A stretch of DNA of 64,000 nucleotides from an uncultured Acidobacteriota bacterium (GCA_963729875.1 CAVSPR010000002.1:287082-351081); one strand, 5' to 3'. Positions 34,404-43,691 are shown, counted from the stretch's first letter. The notes: a model not told the origin generated them from the sequence alone. Translations and numbers: made by a program.

Positions 34404-36031
34404 GCCGACGCCTCGCCACGGCGCTGGCTCTCGGCCTGGCGGGTCTCGCCGCGCCCTCCGCCCGCGCGCAGATCTCGCCCGGCCCCCTGAGCCGTGCCCA
34501 CGCGAAGCTCGAGGGCAGCACCCGCTGCCTCGACTGCCACGACGCCGGGCAGGGCGTCGCTCCCGCCAAGTGCCTCGCGTGCCACAAGCCGCTGCAGGAG
34601 CGCGTCGCGGCCGGCCGGGGGCTGCACGCGCGGGCCGACTACCGGGACTGCAAGACGTGCCACGTCGAGCACCAGGGCGTCGAGTACGAGCTCGTCTGGT
34701 GGGGCAAGGCGGGCAAGAGGGCCTTCGACCACGCGCAGACGGGGCACCCGCTCGCCGGGAAGCACGCGACCCTCTCCTGCGAGCAGTGCCACAAGACCCG
34801 CTCCTACCTTGGGAACGTCACCGACTGCGCTTCCTGCCACAAGGACGAGCACCGGGGCCAGTTCACCGGGCGCCCCTGCTCCTCCTGCCACACGGAGCAA
34901 GCGTGGAAGCCGGCCGTCGGCTTCGACCACGCGAAGACGGCGTGGCCCCTCACCGGGCGGCACGCCGCGGTGGGCTGCGAGAAGTGCCACGCGACCCGCC
35001 GGCCCGACCCCGCGAACGTCGCGGTTTCCTATCGCGTCTTCAGGGCCGTCGCGGGAAAGGACTGTGCGAGCTGCCACGAGGACAGCCACAAGGGCCGTCT
35101 CGGCAGCGCCTGCGCGACGTGCCACACGACCTCGGGCTGGCGCGGCGCGGTCGTCGCGAAGGGCTTCGACCACGCGAAGACGGCGTATGCGCTGACCGGG
35201 CGCCACGCCACGGTGAGCTGCGAGAAGTGCCACGTGCCGGGCCGGCCGATGCGGGTGAAGCACGACCGCTGCACCGACTGCCACGCCGACGCGCACGCGG
35301 GGACCCTCGCCCGGCGGGCGGACGGGGGCCGCTGCGAGGGCTGCCACGACGTGAACGGCTTCCGCCCGGCCCGCTTCGGGCCCGAGGACCACGCGAAGAC
35401 GGCCTACCCGCTCGCCGGGGCCCACCTCGCCGTGGCCTGCGACCAGTGCCACCGGCCCGCGAGGTCCCCCGGCGGCGTCACGACCGTGCCGCTCCACCTC
35501 GCGTCCACCCGCTGCGCCGACTGCCACAAGGACCCGCACCAGGGCGAGGCGGCGCGCGTCGTCGCGAAGGGCGGCTGCGAGTCGTGCCACCGCGTGGAAT
35601 CGTGGCGCCAGGTGGCCTTCGACCACGGCCAGACCCGCTACCCGCTCTCCGGCGGCCACGTTCGCGTCGGGTGCGTCTCCTGCCACCGCCCGGCCGCCGC
35701 CGGTCCGCCGGCCCGCCTCCGCTTCGCCGGCGTGCCGCAGGCCTGCGAGGGCTGCCACCGCGACCCCCACCAGGGCCAGTTCGCGCAGGCGGGCGGCACG
35801 GTGTCGTGCGAGCGCTGCCACACGACGGACAACCTGAAGGCGTCGAAGTTCGATCACTCGCGCGACGCCGCGTACAAGCTCGACGGGGCCCACGCGCGCC
35901 TCGCCTGCGCGGCCTGCCACCGCCCCGAGACCCGGAGCGGCGTGACGTTCATCCGCTATAAGCCGCTCCCCACGACGTGCCGCGGCTGCCATGGCCCCCG
36001 CGGGCAGCCCGGAAACGGAGAACGCCCATGA
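34400..36031 (+). CDS. multihaem c-type cytochrome, 20 CxxCH motifs, Sec signal peptide
   Basis: GTG 34400 in ORF 33443..36031. Signal peptide VSRRLATALALGLAGLAAPSARAQ. I counted 20 CxxCH sites, arranged as repeats of FDH..T.(Y/W)PL.G.H....C..CH, the doubled-CXXCH type. Confidence 0.92.
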   Translation: MSRRLATALALGLAGLAAPSARAQISPGPLSRAHAKLEGSTRCLDCHDAGQGVAPAKCLACHKPLQERVAAGRGLHARADYRDCKTCHVEHQGVEYELVWWGKAGKRAFDHAQTGHPLAGKHATLSCEQCHKTRSYLGNVTDCASCHKDEHRGQFTGRPCSSCHTEQAWKPAVGFDHAKTAWPLTGRHAAVGCEKCHATRRPDPANVAVSYRVFRAVAGKDCASCHEDSHKGRLGSACATCHTTSGWRGAVVAKGFDHAKTAYALTGRHATVSCEKCHVPGRPMRVKHDRCTDCHADAHAGTLARRADGGRCEGCHDVNGFRPARFGPEDHAKTAYPLAGAHLAVACDQCHRPARSPGGVTTVPLHLASTRCADCHKDPHQGEAARVVAKGGCESCHRVESWRQVAFDHGQTRYPLSGGHVRVGCVSCHRPAAAGPPARLRFAGVPQACEGCHRDPHQGQFAQAGGTVSCERCHTTDNLKASKFDHSRDAAYKLDGAHARLACAACHRPETRSGVTFIRYKPLPTTCRGCHGPRGQPGNGERP

Positions 36032-37758
36032 GACCTCCGATCCTCGCCGCAGGAATCGCCGTGCTGGCCCTGGTGCCGATCCTGGTCGCGCGCGGGCAGA
36101 GCCCGAGCGACGAGCCCCACGGCGGCCTGCAGCTCGACTGCGCCGAGTGCCACAACCCCGAGAAGTGGGTCCCGGTCGTGAAGCCCCCCACGTTCCGCCA
36201 CGAGACGACCGGCTTCGCCCTCCAGTCGACGCACGCGCAGGTGTCGTGCCGCGGTTGCCATCGCACGCTCGTCTTCAACCGGGTGGGCACGGCCTGCGCG
36301 GACTGCCACAAGGACGCGCACCGCGGCGAGATGGGCTTCCAGTGCGACGCGTGCCACACCCCGACCACCTGGAGTAACCAGCGGGAGATGTTCCAGGTCC
36401 ACAGCCGCACCCGCTTCCCTCTCTTCGCCTCCCACGCCCGCCTCGACTGCCAGGCGTGCCACAAGAGCCAGAAGCCCTACGAGTACAAGAACACGCCCGC
36501 CGAGTGCGGCAACTGCCACCTCGAGACGTGGGAGCAGACGGCGAACCCGCCCCACGCCCAGTCCGGCTTCTCGCGGCGCTGCGAGGACTGCCACAACATC
36601 ACCTCGCCGACCTGGCACAGCGCGAACTTCTCGCACCCGGCGTCCTTCCCTCTCGCGGGTGGCCACGCCGGCCTCGCCTGCGCGCGCTGCCACGTGGGCG
36701 GCGTCTACGCCGGGACGTCCTCGGCCTGCGTGTCGTGCCATCAGGCCAGCTACCAGGCGGCCGCGAACCCCAACCACGTGGCCGGGCGCTTCCCCACGAC
36801 CTGCGAAGGCTGCCACACGATCAACGGCTGGCGCCCCGCCAAGTTCGACCACGACCAGACCCGCTACCCCCTGACCGGCGCCCACACCCGGGTGGACTGC
36901 GCGAAGTGCCACGTGGGCGGCCGCTACACGGGGACGCCGACGGACTGCTACTCGTGCCACCAGCCGGACTACGCGCGGACGACGAACCCCAACCACCAGG
37001 CGTCCGGTTTCCCCACGCAGTGCCAGAGCTGCCACAACACGGGTGCCTGGAAGCCCGCGAACTTCGACCACAACGCCACGCGGTTCCCCCTGACCGGCGC
37101 CCACACCCGGGTGGACTGCACGAAGTGCCACGTGGGCGGCCGCTACACGGGCACGCCGACGGACTGCTACTCGTGCCACCAGGCGAACTACGCGGGCGCG
37201 ACGAACCCCAACCACCAGGCCTCCGCGTTCCCGACCCAGTGCCAGACCTGCCACACCACCTCGGCCTGGCGCCCCGCCACCGTCGACCACAGCAAGACAC
37301 GCTTCCCGCTGACGGGGGCCCACACCCGCGTGGACTGCACGAAGTGCCACGTGGGGGGCCGCTACACGGGCACGCCGACGGACTGCTACTCGTGCCACCA
37401 GGCGAACTACGCGGGCACGACGAACCCCAACCACCAGGCGGCCAACTTCCCGGTCCAGTGCCAGAGCTGCCACACGACGAGCGCCTGGCGGCCGGCGAGC
37501 TTCGACCACGACGGGCGGTACTTTCCGATCTACTCCGGGACGCACCGTGGGAAGTGGTCGAGCTGCGGCGAGTGCCACGTCAACTCCGGTAACTACCGGG
37601 TCTTCGAGTGCATCCTGTGTCACGAGCACTCGAACCGCACCGAGGTGGACGGCAAGCACAAGGGCGTCAGCGGCTACAACTACACCAGCAGCGCCTGCTA
37701 CCAGTGCCACCGTAACGGGCGGGCCGACGACGCGGGCGGCTTCGGACGGCTGCCGTGA
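36028..37758 (+). CDS. multihaem c-type cytochrome, 22 CxxCH motifs, Sec signal peptide
   Basis: ATG 36028 (ATGA overlap) in ORF 35977..37758. Signal peptide MRPPILAAGIAVLALVPILVARGQ. 22 CxxCH sites counted. Contains four tandem 73-aa three-haem modules. Confidence 0.92.
   Translation: MRPPILAAGIAVLALVPILVARGQSPSDEPHGGLQLDCAECHNPEKWVPVVKPPTFRHETTGFALQSTHAQVSCRGCHRTLVFNRVGTACADCHKDAHRGEMGFQCDACHTPTTWSNQREMFQVHSRTRFPLFASHARLDCQACHKSQKPYEYKNTPAECGNCHLETWEQTANPPHAQSGFSRRCEDCHNITSPTWHSANFSHPASFPLAGGHAGLACARCHVGGVYAGTSSACVSCHQASYQAAANPNHVAGRFPTTCEGCHTINGWRPAKFDHDQTRYPLTGAHTRVDCAKCHVGGRYTGTPTDCYSCHQPDYARTTNPNHQASGFPTQCQSCHNTGAWKPANFDHNATRFPLTGAHTRVDCTKCHVGGRYTGTPTDCYSCHQANYAGATNPNHQASAFPTQCQTCHTTSAWRPATVDHSKTRFPLTGAHTRVDCTKCHVGGRYTGTPTDCYSCHQANYAGTTNPNHQAANFPVQCQSCHTTSAWRPASFDHDGRYFPIYSGTHRGKWSSCGECHVNSGNYRVFECILCHEHSNRTEVDGKHKGVSGYNYTSSACYQCHRNGRADDAGGFGRLP
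36652..37527 (+). repeat. four tandem 219-bp (73-codon) coding repeats; the last three nearly identical at DNA level
   Basis: The motif ctgaccggcgcccacacccgggtggactgc(g/a)cgaagtgccacgtgggcggccgctacacggg recurs at 36871, 37090 and 37309 (period exactly 219). A diverged copy sits at 36652. Confidence 0.85.
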
Positions 37759-37769
37759 GGGGGGACGCC

Positions 37770-39807
37770 ATGCGCCTGATGCGACACGCGACGCTGCTGC
37801 TGGCCCTCGCCCTGACGCCGGTCGCCCCCTCCCGCGGCGAGCCGCGCTTCGTCGTCACCTCCCGCTCGCTGGCCACCGTCACTGTCGATGCCGGACGAGC
37901 CGACGGCCTCGGCGTGGGCGACAAGCTCCGGGTGGTCGAGGGCCCGCGGATCATCGGGGAACTCGAGGTCGTCTCGGCTGCCGAGCGGTGGTCGTCCTGC
38001 CGCGTGCTGTCCGTCACCCGACCGATCGCCACGGGCGACGTCGTGGTCCGCCCGGCCGGGCCACTGCCGGCCACGGCGACCTCCGCTTCGACCGCCCGAC
38101 CCCACACCCGCACCCACGCCCACGCCCACACCCACACCCACACCCACACCCACACCCACACCCACACCGCGGGCGGCGCCCCAGGCTGTTCCGTCGACTG
38201 TCGCTCCGCCGGCCGCGGTCCCGGCGGGCAGTTCGAAGTTCACGGTGAAATACCGCTCGGCGGCCAACGTCTATCTCGACGGGGGTCGGGCCGCGGGCCT
38301 CGAGGTCGGCGACCGACTCCGCGTCGTCTCGGGGCAGGACACGGTCGCGGAGCTGGAGGTCGCCTACGCCGCCGAGATGTCGGCGTCGTGCCGCGTCGTC
38401 TCGGAGACGCGCCCGGTGCGCGCGGGCGACGTCGCCGTTCGGCTCGGTGCACCACGGGCCGCGACCGCGCCGCCCGTGGCCACCCCGGCACCGTCCCCCT
38501 CGGCCGCACCCGCGACGCGCGCACCCGCAGCGGCACCCGAGGAGCCGCGGCCGTCCACACCGTGGGCCCGCGTGCGCGGCTACGCCTCGTTTGGCTACTA
38601 CAAGAGCTGGGACGAGACGGAGTACGCCCTCGACTTCGAGGAGCGCACGGCCCGGGTCGAGATCGGCGTCTACGACATCGCCCGGCAGCCGCTGAGCTTC
38701 ACGCTGCGCGGCCGCAGCCGGGAGGACGTGCGGGCGCGCACCCTCAGCTCCCGCACGCCTTCGAGCGAGCGCACCGACCGGCTCTACGAGGTCGCCCTGC
38801 GCTACGAGCCGCCATCGGACAAGGTGGGCCTCGAGGTGGGCCGCATCGGGATCTACCGCTTCGTCGGCATCGGGTACCTCGACGGGTTCCTCGGGCGCTT
38901 CCGCCCCCTGCCCGACCTGCAGGTTGGTGCCTTCGGCGGCCGGGTCGCCGACATCGAGGGCCTCGGCTTCGACGGCACCGGCTCGAAGTACGGCGGCTTC
39001 GTGCGCCTGGCCCCGGGCGGGCGCTGGGCGACGGGCGGATACGACGTCATGCTCGCCTTCGTCCGCGAGGACGCCGAGGGGGAGGTGAGCCGCGAGTACC
39101 TCAGCCTGGAGAGCCGGCTCGGGCAGGGCAGCCGCTGGTCGCTGTTCCAGCGGGCCGAGCTCGACCTCAACACCGGGTGGAGGAAGGACGTCACCGGAAA
39201 GAGCACGCAGCTCTCCAACGTCTCGCTCTCGGGCAACCTGCGCGTCACCCCGTCGGCCTGGGCTTTCGTCTCCTACGACGGCCGGCGGAACTACCGGTAC
39301 TACCGCAACCGGGTCGTCCCCGAGGAGGTGTTCGACGACCTGCTCCACCAGGGGCTGCGCGCCGGCGTCAACCTCTCACGGCCCGGCGGCTTCGGGGCGA
39401 CGGCGGGGTTCGGGATGAGCCTCAAGGAGCCCGACCCGCGCCACCCCGAGCTCGACATCGCGAACGCGTACTCGGGCAACGTCGGCGTGCGGCACGCCGA
39501 CGTGTTCGCCTCGGGCTTCTCGGTCGGCCTCGACGGGACCGGCTTCACGAACGGCTACACCGAGGGTGGGCTCGTGATGGCCCGCCTCGGGCGCCGCTTC
39601 GCCGCCGGCCACATGGTGGACCTCTCCTACGGCCGCTCGGTCTACCGGGTTAAGCTCACGGAGGAGGACCGCACGACGCAGTGGCTGCGCCTCGTGGGCC
39701 GCGGCGAGCTGGGACGACGGGTGTACGTGCAGGTGGACTTCGAGTACGACACGGGAGACGACCTGAAGGGCCCGCGGGCATTCGCCGAGGTCGGGGTCCG
39801 CTTCTGA
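37770..39807 (+). CDS. outer-membrane beta-barrel protein with duplicated N-terminal domain and Pro-Thr linker; frame broken by 1-nt indel
   Basis: The frame of ORF 37755 gives a signal peptide (MRLMRHATLLLALALTPVAPSRG) and domain 1 (FVVTSRSLATVTVDAGRADGLGVGDKLRVV...CRVLSVTRPIATGDVVV). The frame of ORF 37888 gives the (PT)n linker, homologous domain 2 (FTVKYRSAANVYLDGGRAAGLEVGDRLRVV...CRVVSETRPVRAGDVAV) and a ~470-aa region of alternating beta-strand pattern ending ...FAEVGVRF (C-terminal Phe). The frames must join between ~38050 and ~38100. Confidence 0.75.
38101..38166 (+). repeat. hexanucleotide microsatellite (CCCACA-like)x11, 7 perfect consecutive units; encodes a Pro-Thr linker
   Basis: cccaca cccgca cccacg cccacg followed by (cccaca)x7. 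It reads PTPAPTPT(PT)7 in the frame that continues into the beta-barrel. Confidence 0.95.
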
Positions 39808-39811
39808 GGCG

Positions 39812-41173
39812 GTGGTGACCGGCGAGGTCCTCATCTGGGGCGTATCGCTCGCCGCGGTGGCGGCGATCGTCCTGCCGTACGTGCTCTCCTTCCGCCAGCG
39901 TCGGCACGCCGACCGCTCGCGCAAGGAGGAGGCGGTGCGCCTCGGGGTCGATCGCCCCCAGGCGCAGTTCCCCTTCATCGACCCGATGCGCTGCATCGGC
40001 TGCGGGACCTGCGTCGACGCCTGCCCCGAGGGGGACGTTCTCGGCATCGTCGGCGGGACGGCGACGGTCGTGAACGGGCTGCGCTGCGTGGGCCACGGCC
40101 GGTGCGAGATCGCGTGCCCGGTGGGCGCGATCGAGGTCGGCCTCGGCGACCTGAAGCTGCGGAAGGACATCCCGCGGCTCGACGAGTGGCAGCAGACCAC
40201 CGTGCCCGGGGTCTTCGTCGCGGGGGAGCTCGGCGGGCTCGCCCTCGTCAAGAACGCGATCGCCCAGGCCCGCCAGGTCGTGGACCGAGTGGCCCAGCTC
40301 GCGCCGGCTTCCCGAGCGGCGAGCGGCGGCGACGTGCTCGACGTCGTGATCGTGGGGGCGGGGCCGGCCGGGCTGACCGCGGCGGCGGCGGCCCGCGAGC
40401 GCGGGCTCTCCCACGTGGTCCTCGAGCAGGAGGGCGACCTCGGGGGGACGATCTTCCACTACCCGCGGCGCAAGCTCGTCCTCGTCCAGGCGGTGGATAT
40501 GCCGATCCTCGGCCGCCTGCGCGAGGGCGAGTACGCGAAGGAAGACCTTCTGGCGGTCCTGCAGGACGTGTGCCGCCGCGGCGACCTCCGGGTCCGCTTC
40601 GGAGAGCGAGTCCTGGGCCTCGAGCGGAGCGGCGGCGTGTTCGCGGTTCGCAGCACGTCCGGCGTGACCCTCTCCCGCTTCGTCGTCCTGGCCCTGGGCC
40701 GCAGGGGCACGCCCCGCAGGCTCGGGGCGCCCGGCGAGGAGCTGCCCAAGGTCATGTACCAGCTGACCGACGCCGAGTCCTACGAGCAGCAGCGCATCCT
40801 CGTCGTCGGCGGAGGCGACAGCGCGGTCGAGGCTGCCCTCGGCCTCGCCCGCCAGCGGGGCAACCGCGTCACCCTGTCCTACCGGCGCGAGAAGCTCGTC
40901 CGCATCAAGAAGAAGAACGAGCAGCGGATCGGCGAGCTGCTCGCCAATCGGCGGATCGAGGCCGCCTTCGAGACCGAGGTCGAGCGGATCGCGCCGTCGT
41001 CGGTACGGCTGAAGGCACCCGGCGGCGTGCGAGAGCTGCCGAACGACTATGTCTTCGTTTTCGCCGGCGGAGAGCCGCCCTTCGACCTGCTGCGCCAGAT
41101 GGGCATCCGGTTCGGGGGCGACGCCTCGCCCGTGCCTACCGCGCCGGCTCGAACGTCAGGCTCGCGGAGTTGA
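39812..41173 (+). CDS. membrane-anchored 2x[4Fe-4S]-ferredoxin-domain + FAD/NAD(P)-binding oxidoreductase (thioredoxin-reductase-like fold)
   Basis: 453 aa. N-terminal TM helix. [12 protein letters not shown] and [12 protein letters not shown] (His replaces the second Cys). Two Rossmann motifs ([14 protein letters not shown]; [14 protein letters not shown]). Confidence 0.88.
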   Translation: MVTGEVLIWGVSLAAVAAIVLPYVLSFRQRRHADRSRKEEAVRLGVDRPQAQFPFIDPMRCIGCGTCVDACPEGDVLGIVGGTATVVNGLRCVGHGRCEIACPVGAIEVGLGDLKLRKDIPRLDEWQQTTVPGVFVAGELGGLALVKNAIAQARQVVDRVAQLAPASRAASGGDVLDVVIVGAGPAGLTAAAAARERGLSHVVLEQEGDLGGTIFHYPRRKLVLVQAVDMPILGRLREGEYAKEDLLAVLQDVCRRGDLRVRFGERVLGLERSGGVFAVRSTSGVTLSRFVVLALGRRGTPRRLGAPGEELPKVMYQLTDAESYEQQRILVVGGGDSAVEAALGLARQRGNRVTLSYRREKLVRIKKKNEQRIGELLANRRIEAAFETEVERIAPSSVRLKAPGGVRELPNDYVFVFAGGEPPFDLLRQMGIRFGGDASPVPTAPARTSGSRS

Positions 41174-41648
41174 CGCAGTAGCGCAGGCCGGTCGGCCTCG
41201 GGCCGTCGTCGAAGACGTGGCCGAGGTGCCCGCGGCAACGCCGGCAGAGAACCTCGACCCGGCGCTCGAAGAGGCTGTCGTCCGTCTCGGTCGCAACCGC
41301 GTCCTTCGTGATCGGCTGCCAGAAGCTCGGCCAGCCGGTGCCCGAGTCGAACTTCGCGACCGAGGAGAAGAGCGGCGCCCCGCACGCCGCGCAGCGGTAG
41401 GTCCCGTCCTCGTGGTGGTCCCAGTAGCGGCCGGTGAAGGCCCGCTCGGTGCCCTTCTGCCGCAGCACCTGGTACTGAAGCGGCGGGAGCTGCCGGCGCC
41501 ACGCCTTGTCCGACTTCACGACCATGGCCGGAGTGGACCACCCCGGCGTGCGGGTCACGGCGTCCTTGCGCGGACCAGGGCGGAACACGAGGAGCCAGAC
41601 TGCGAGGGTCAGGCACAGGGCGGTGGCCAGGGCGAGGAGGCGGGGCAC
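41136..41648 (-). CDS. msrB: peptide-methionine (R)-S-oxide reductase MsrB with N-terminal membrane anchor/signal
   Basis: 170 aa. [36 protein letters not shown]...GWPSFW...[16 protein letters not shown]...RYCVNS. Its 3' end overlaps the convergent gene by 38 nt. Confidence 0.93.
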   Translation of the reverse strand: MPRLLALATALCLTLAVWLLVFRPGPRKDAVTRTPGWSTPAMVVKSDKAWRRQLPPLQYQVLRQKGTERAFTGRYWDHHEDGTYRCAACGAPLFSSVAKFDSGTGWPSFWQPITKDAVATETDDSLFERRVEVLCRRCRGHLGHVFDDGPRPTGLRYCVNSASLTFEPAR

Positions 41649-41690
41649 GACACCATCCTACCCGGGTGGGGGGCGCTCCCGGGCTGCCGC

Positions 41691-42950
41691 CTACGCGCTC
41701 GCCGTTGCCCGGGCTTCCTCGTACATGGCCAGCACGTTCTCGGTCGGGGTGCGAGCCTGGATGTTGTGAATGGTGTTGAAGACGAAGCCGCCGCCCCGGC
41801 CGAAGATGCGGATGCGCTCGCGGACCTCGGCTCGCACCTCGTCTGCGGTCCCGAACGGCAGCGTCTTCTGCGTGTCGACCCCCCCGCCCCAGAAGACGAG
41901 CCTCTCGCCGTACCTCGCCTTCAGGGTCGCCGCGTCCATGCCCGCCGCCGAGCACTGCACGGGGTTCAGGATGTCGACCCCGGCCTCCACGAAGGCGTCG
42001 AGGAGGGGGGCGATCGCACCGCAGGAGTGGAAGAAGACCTTCCAGGGCGTGTTCTGGTGCACCCAGTCGTTGAGCTTCCGGTAGATTGGCTTCCAGAGAC
42101 GGTCGAACAGCTTCGGTGAGCAGAGAGGCCGCTGCTGGCCGCCGAAGTCCGTGCCGCTCATGGCGAGGACTTCGATGCGGTCGCCCACGACCTGCCGGTA
42201 GAGCTCGAGGTTCTTCAGGGCGACCTCGGCCTGGAGCTCGAAGATCCCGAGGATGTAGTCGGTGTGGGTGAGGAGGTACTCGTACCAGAGGTTCGGGTCC
42301 CGCAGGCCCTTCGGGTGCCTGAGACCGGGACCGGGCACGTGGGCGATGTCCCCGATACCGCCCTGCCAGAAGTTGCCGACGAGGGCGTAGCCCGTCTCGG
42401 AATGGAGCCGCGTCGCCGCGTCCTCGAAGTGCCGCAGCTCCTCGTCCGTGAAGCGCGTGAACTGCTCGGCCCAGTCCCGCGGGTCCAGACTCTCCTCGTC
42501 GATCGGCTCCTGCCGCACGATCGAGTCGAAGTAGTAGCCGTCCTTCGGCAGCCTGGCCGAGGGGCGGGCGGTGCGGTCTCCCTTCGGGTAGATGAGCGTG
42601 TCTCCGGTCGCGTCGACGTCGATCTGGAAGTCGCGCGGGACGAGGGCGGGGGTACCGTCGGGCAGGCTCCACGGCTTCCAGCCCTCGTTGCGGAACCCGA
42701 ACATGTTCGTGGGGCTCCAGATGCCGATCGTGTCGACGCCGAGGGCGCAGCGGACGGGCTCCTCGACCTCGGCCAGGATCTGGAACGGCTCGCCGATGGT
42801 CACCGGGGCCTCGCCGAGGCCGAGGGCCTTCCGCACCCGGTAATACGTGCTCGCCTGGATGCCGGTCACCGGCGTGCTGCCGAGGTCGATCGGGGGTCGG
42901 TCGGTCTCCTCGCGCCGCAGCGCTTTGCGGACCCGCTCGCGTCCGTTCAT
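41691..42950 (-). CDS. URO-D family protein (MtaA/MtbA-type corrinoid methyltransferase-like)
   Basis: 419 aa. MNGRERVRKALRREETDRPPIDLGSTPVTGI..., FFHSCGAIAPLLDAFVEAGVDILNPVQ. ATGA overlap with the upstream corrinoid-protein gene. Confidence 0.8.
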   Translation of the reverse strand: MNGRERVRKALRREETDRPPIDLGSTPVTGIQASTYYRVRKALGLGEAPVTIGEPFQILAEVEEPVRCALGVDTIGIWSPTNMFGFRNEGWKPWSLPDGTPALVPRDFQIDVDATGDTLIYPKGDRTARPSARLPKDGYYFDSIVRQEPIDEESLDPRDWAEQFTRFTDEELRHFEDAATRLHSETGYALVGNFWQGGIGDIAHVPGPGLRHPKGLRDPNLWYEYLLTHTDYILGIFELQAEVALKNLELYRQVVGDRIEVLAMSGTDFGGQQRPLCSPKLFDRLWKPIYRKLNDWVHQNTPWKVFFHSCGAIAPLLDAFVEAGVDILNPVQCSAAGMDAATLKARYGERLVFWGGGVDTQKTLPFGTADEVRAEVRERIRIFGRGGGFVFNTIHNIQARTPTENVLAMYEEARATASA

Positions 42951-43594
42951 GGAGCGCCCTGGCCGACGAGGCGACGGGCGAGTGCCACCGCCCCGGCCGC
43001 GTCCTCGGCGTAGCCGTCGGCGCCGATCTCGGCGGCCAGCTTCTGGTTGACGGGGGCGCCGCCGACCATGACCCCGACCTTGTCCCGCAGGCCGGCCGCC
43101 TTCAGCTGCTCGATGGTCACCTTCATGCTCGGCAGCGTCGTGGTCAGGAGGGCGGAGAGCACGATCAGGCTGACGTCGCCGCCGCGCGCCGCTTCGACGA
43201 AGGCCTCCGGTGCCACGTCCGCGCCGAGGTCGCGCACCTCGAAGCCCGCCCCCTCGAGCATCATGCAGACGAGGTTCTTCCCTATGTCGTGGAGGTCACC
43301 CTTGACCGTGCCGGCCACCACGGTGCCCGCCGGCTTCACGTCGGTCGCGACCAGGCGGGGCCGCAGGACCGCCAGGGCCCCCTTCATGGCCCGAGCGGAG
43401 ATGAGCATCTCGGGGAGGAAGTAGTCGCCGCACTCGTAGCGGCGGCCCACCTCGTCCATCGCAGGTACCATCACGTCCCGCAGGATCGCCCCCGGCTCGG
43501 CCCCCGCGTCGAGGGCGGCCCGGACGAGCGTGGCCGCGTCCTTCGCCTGCCCCTCCTCGATGGCCCTCTTCAGGGAGTCGAGCACGCCCTTCAC
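42947..43594 (-). CDS. cobalamin (B12)-binding corrinoid protein, MtaC/MtbC-like
   Basis: GTG 43594 (SD GAGGAGG 5 nt upstream) in ORF 42947..44083. B12-binding_2 helical cap plus Rossmann domain with the DxHxxG motif (KGDLHDIGKN) and the GG motif (VMVGGAP). The rest of the 378-aa ORF is upstream read-through. Confidence 0.85.
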   Translation of the reverse strand: MKGVLDSLKRAIEEGQAKDAATLVRAALDAGAEPGAILRDVMVPAMDEVGRRYECGDYFLPEMLISARAMKGALAVLRPRLVATDVKPAGTVVAGTVKGDLHDIGKNLVCMMLEGAGFEVRDLGADVAPEAFVEAARGGDVSLIVLSALLTTTLPSMKVTIEQLKAAGLRDKVGVMVGGAPVNQKLAAEIGADGYAEDAAGAVALARRLVGQGAP

Positions 43595-43691
43595 CGCGAC
43601 CTCCTCGCCATGCGTTCCCGCCGTCGCGCGCCATCCTACACCCGGGCGGGCGGCGCCTATATACTCCCGCTCACCGTCGCACGGAGGCAGG

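Noticed and set aside
8356-37527. CRISPR-like or mobile-element-like repeats (HEAT 93-nt periodicity; 219-bp cytochrome repeats)
   Set aside because: Both repeat sets are in frame and encode recognisable protein repeats. There are no spacer-like unique segments, no cas, transposase or integrase genes, and no terminal inverted repeats.
38101-38166. Reading the hexamer repeat as a His-Thr (HTHTHT) metal-binding tract (frame of ORF 37755..39653)
   Set aside because: That frame continues into ~500 codons of Arg/Gly/Pro-rich nonsense. The +1 frame gives a Pro-Thr linker followed by a second copy of the N-terminal domain and a beta-barrel ending in Phe. The PT reading is therefore the biologically coherent one.
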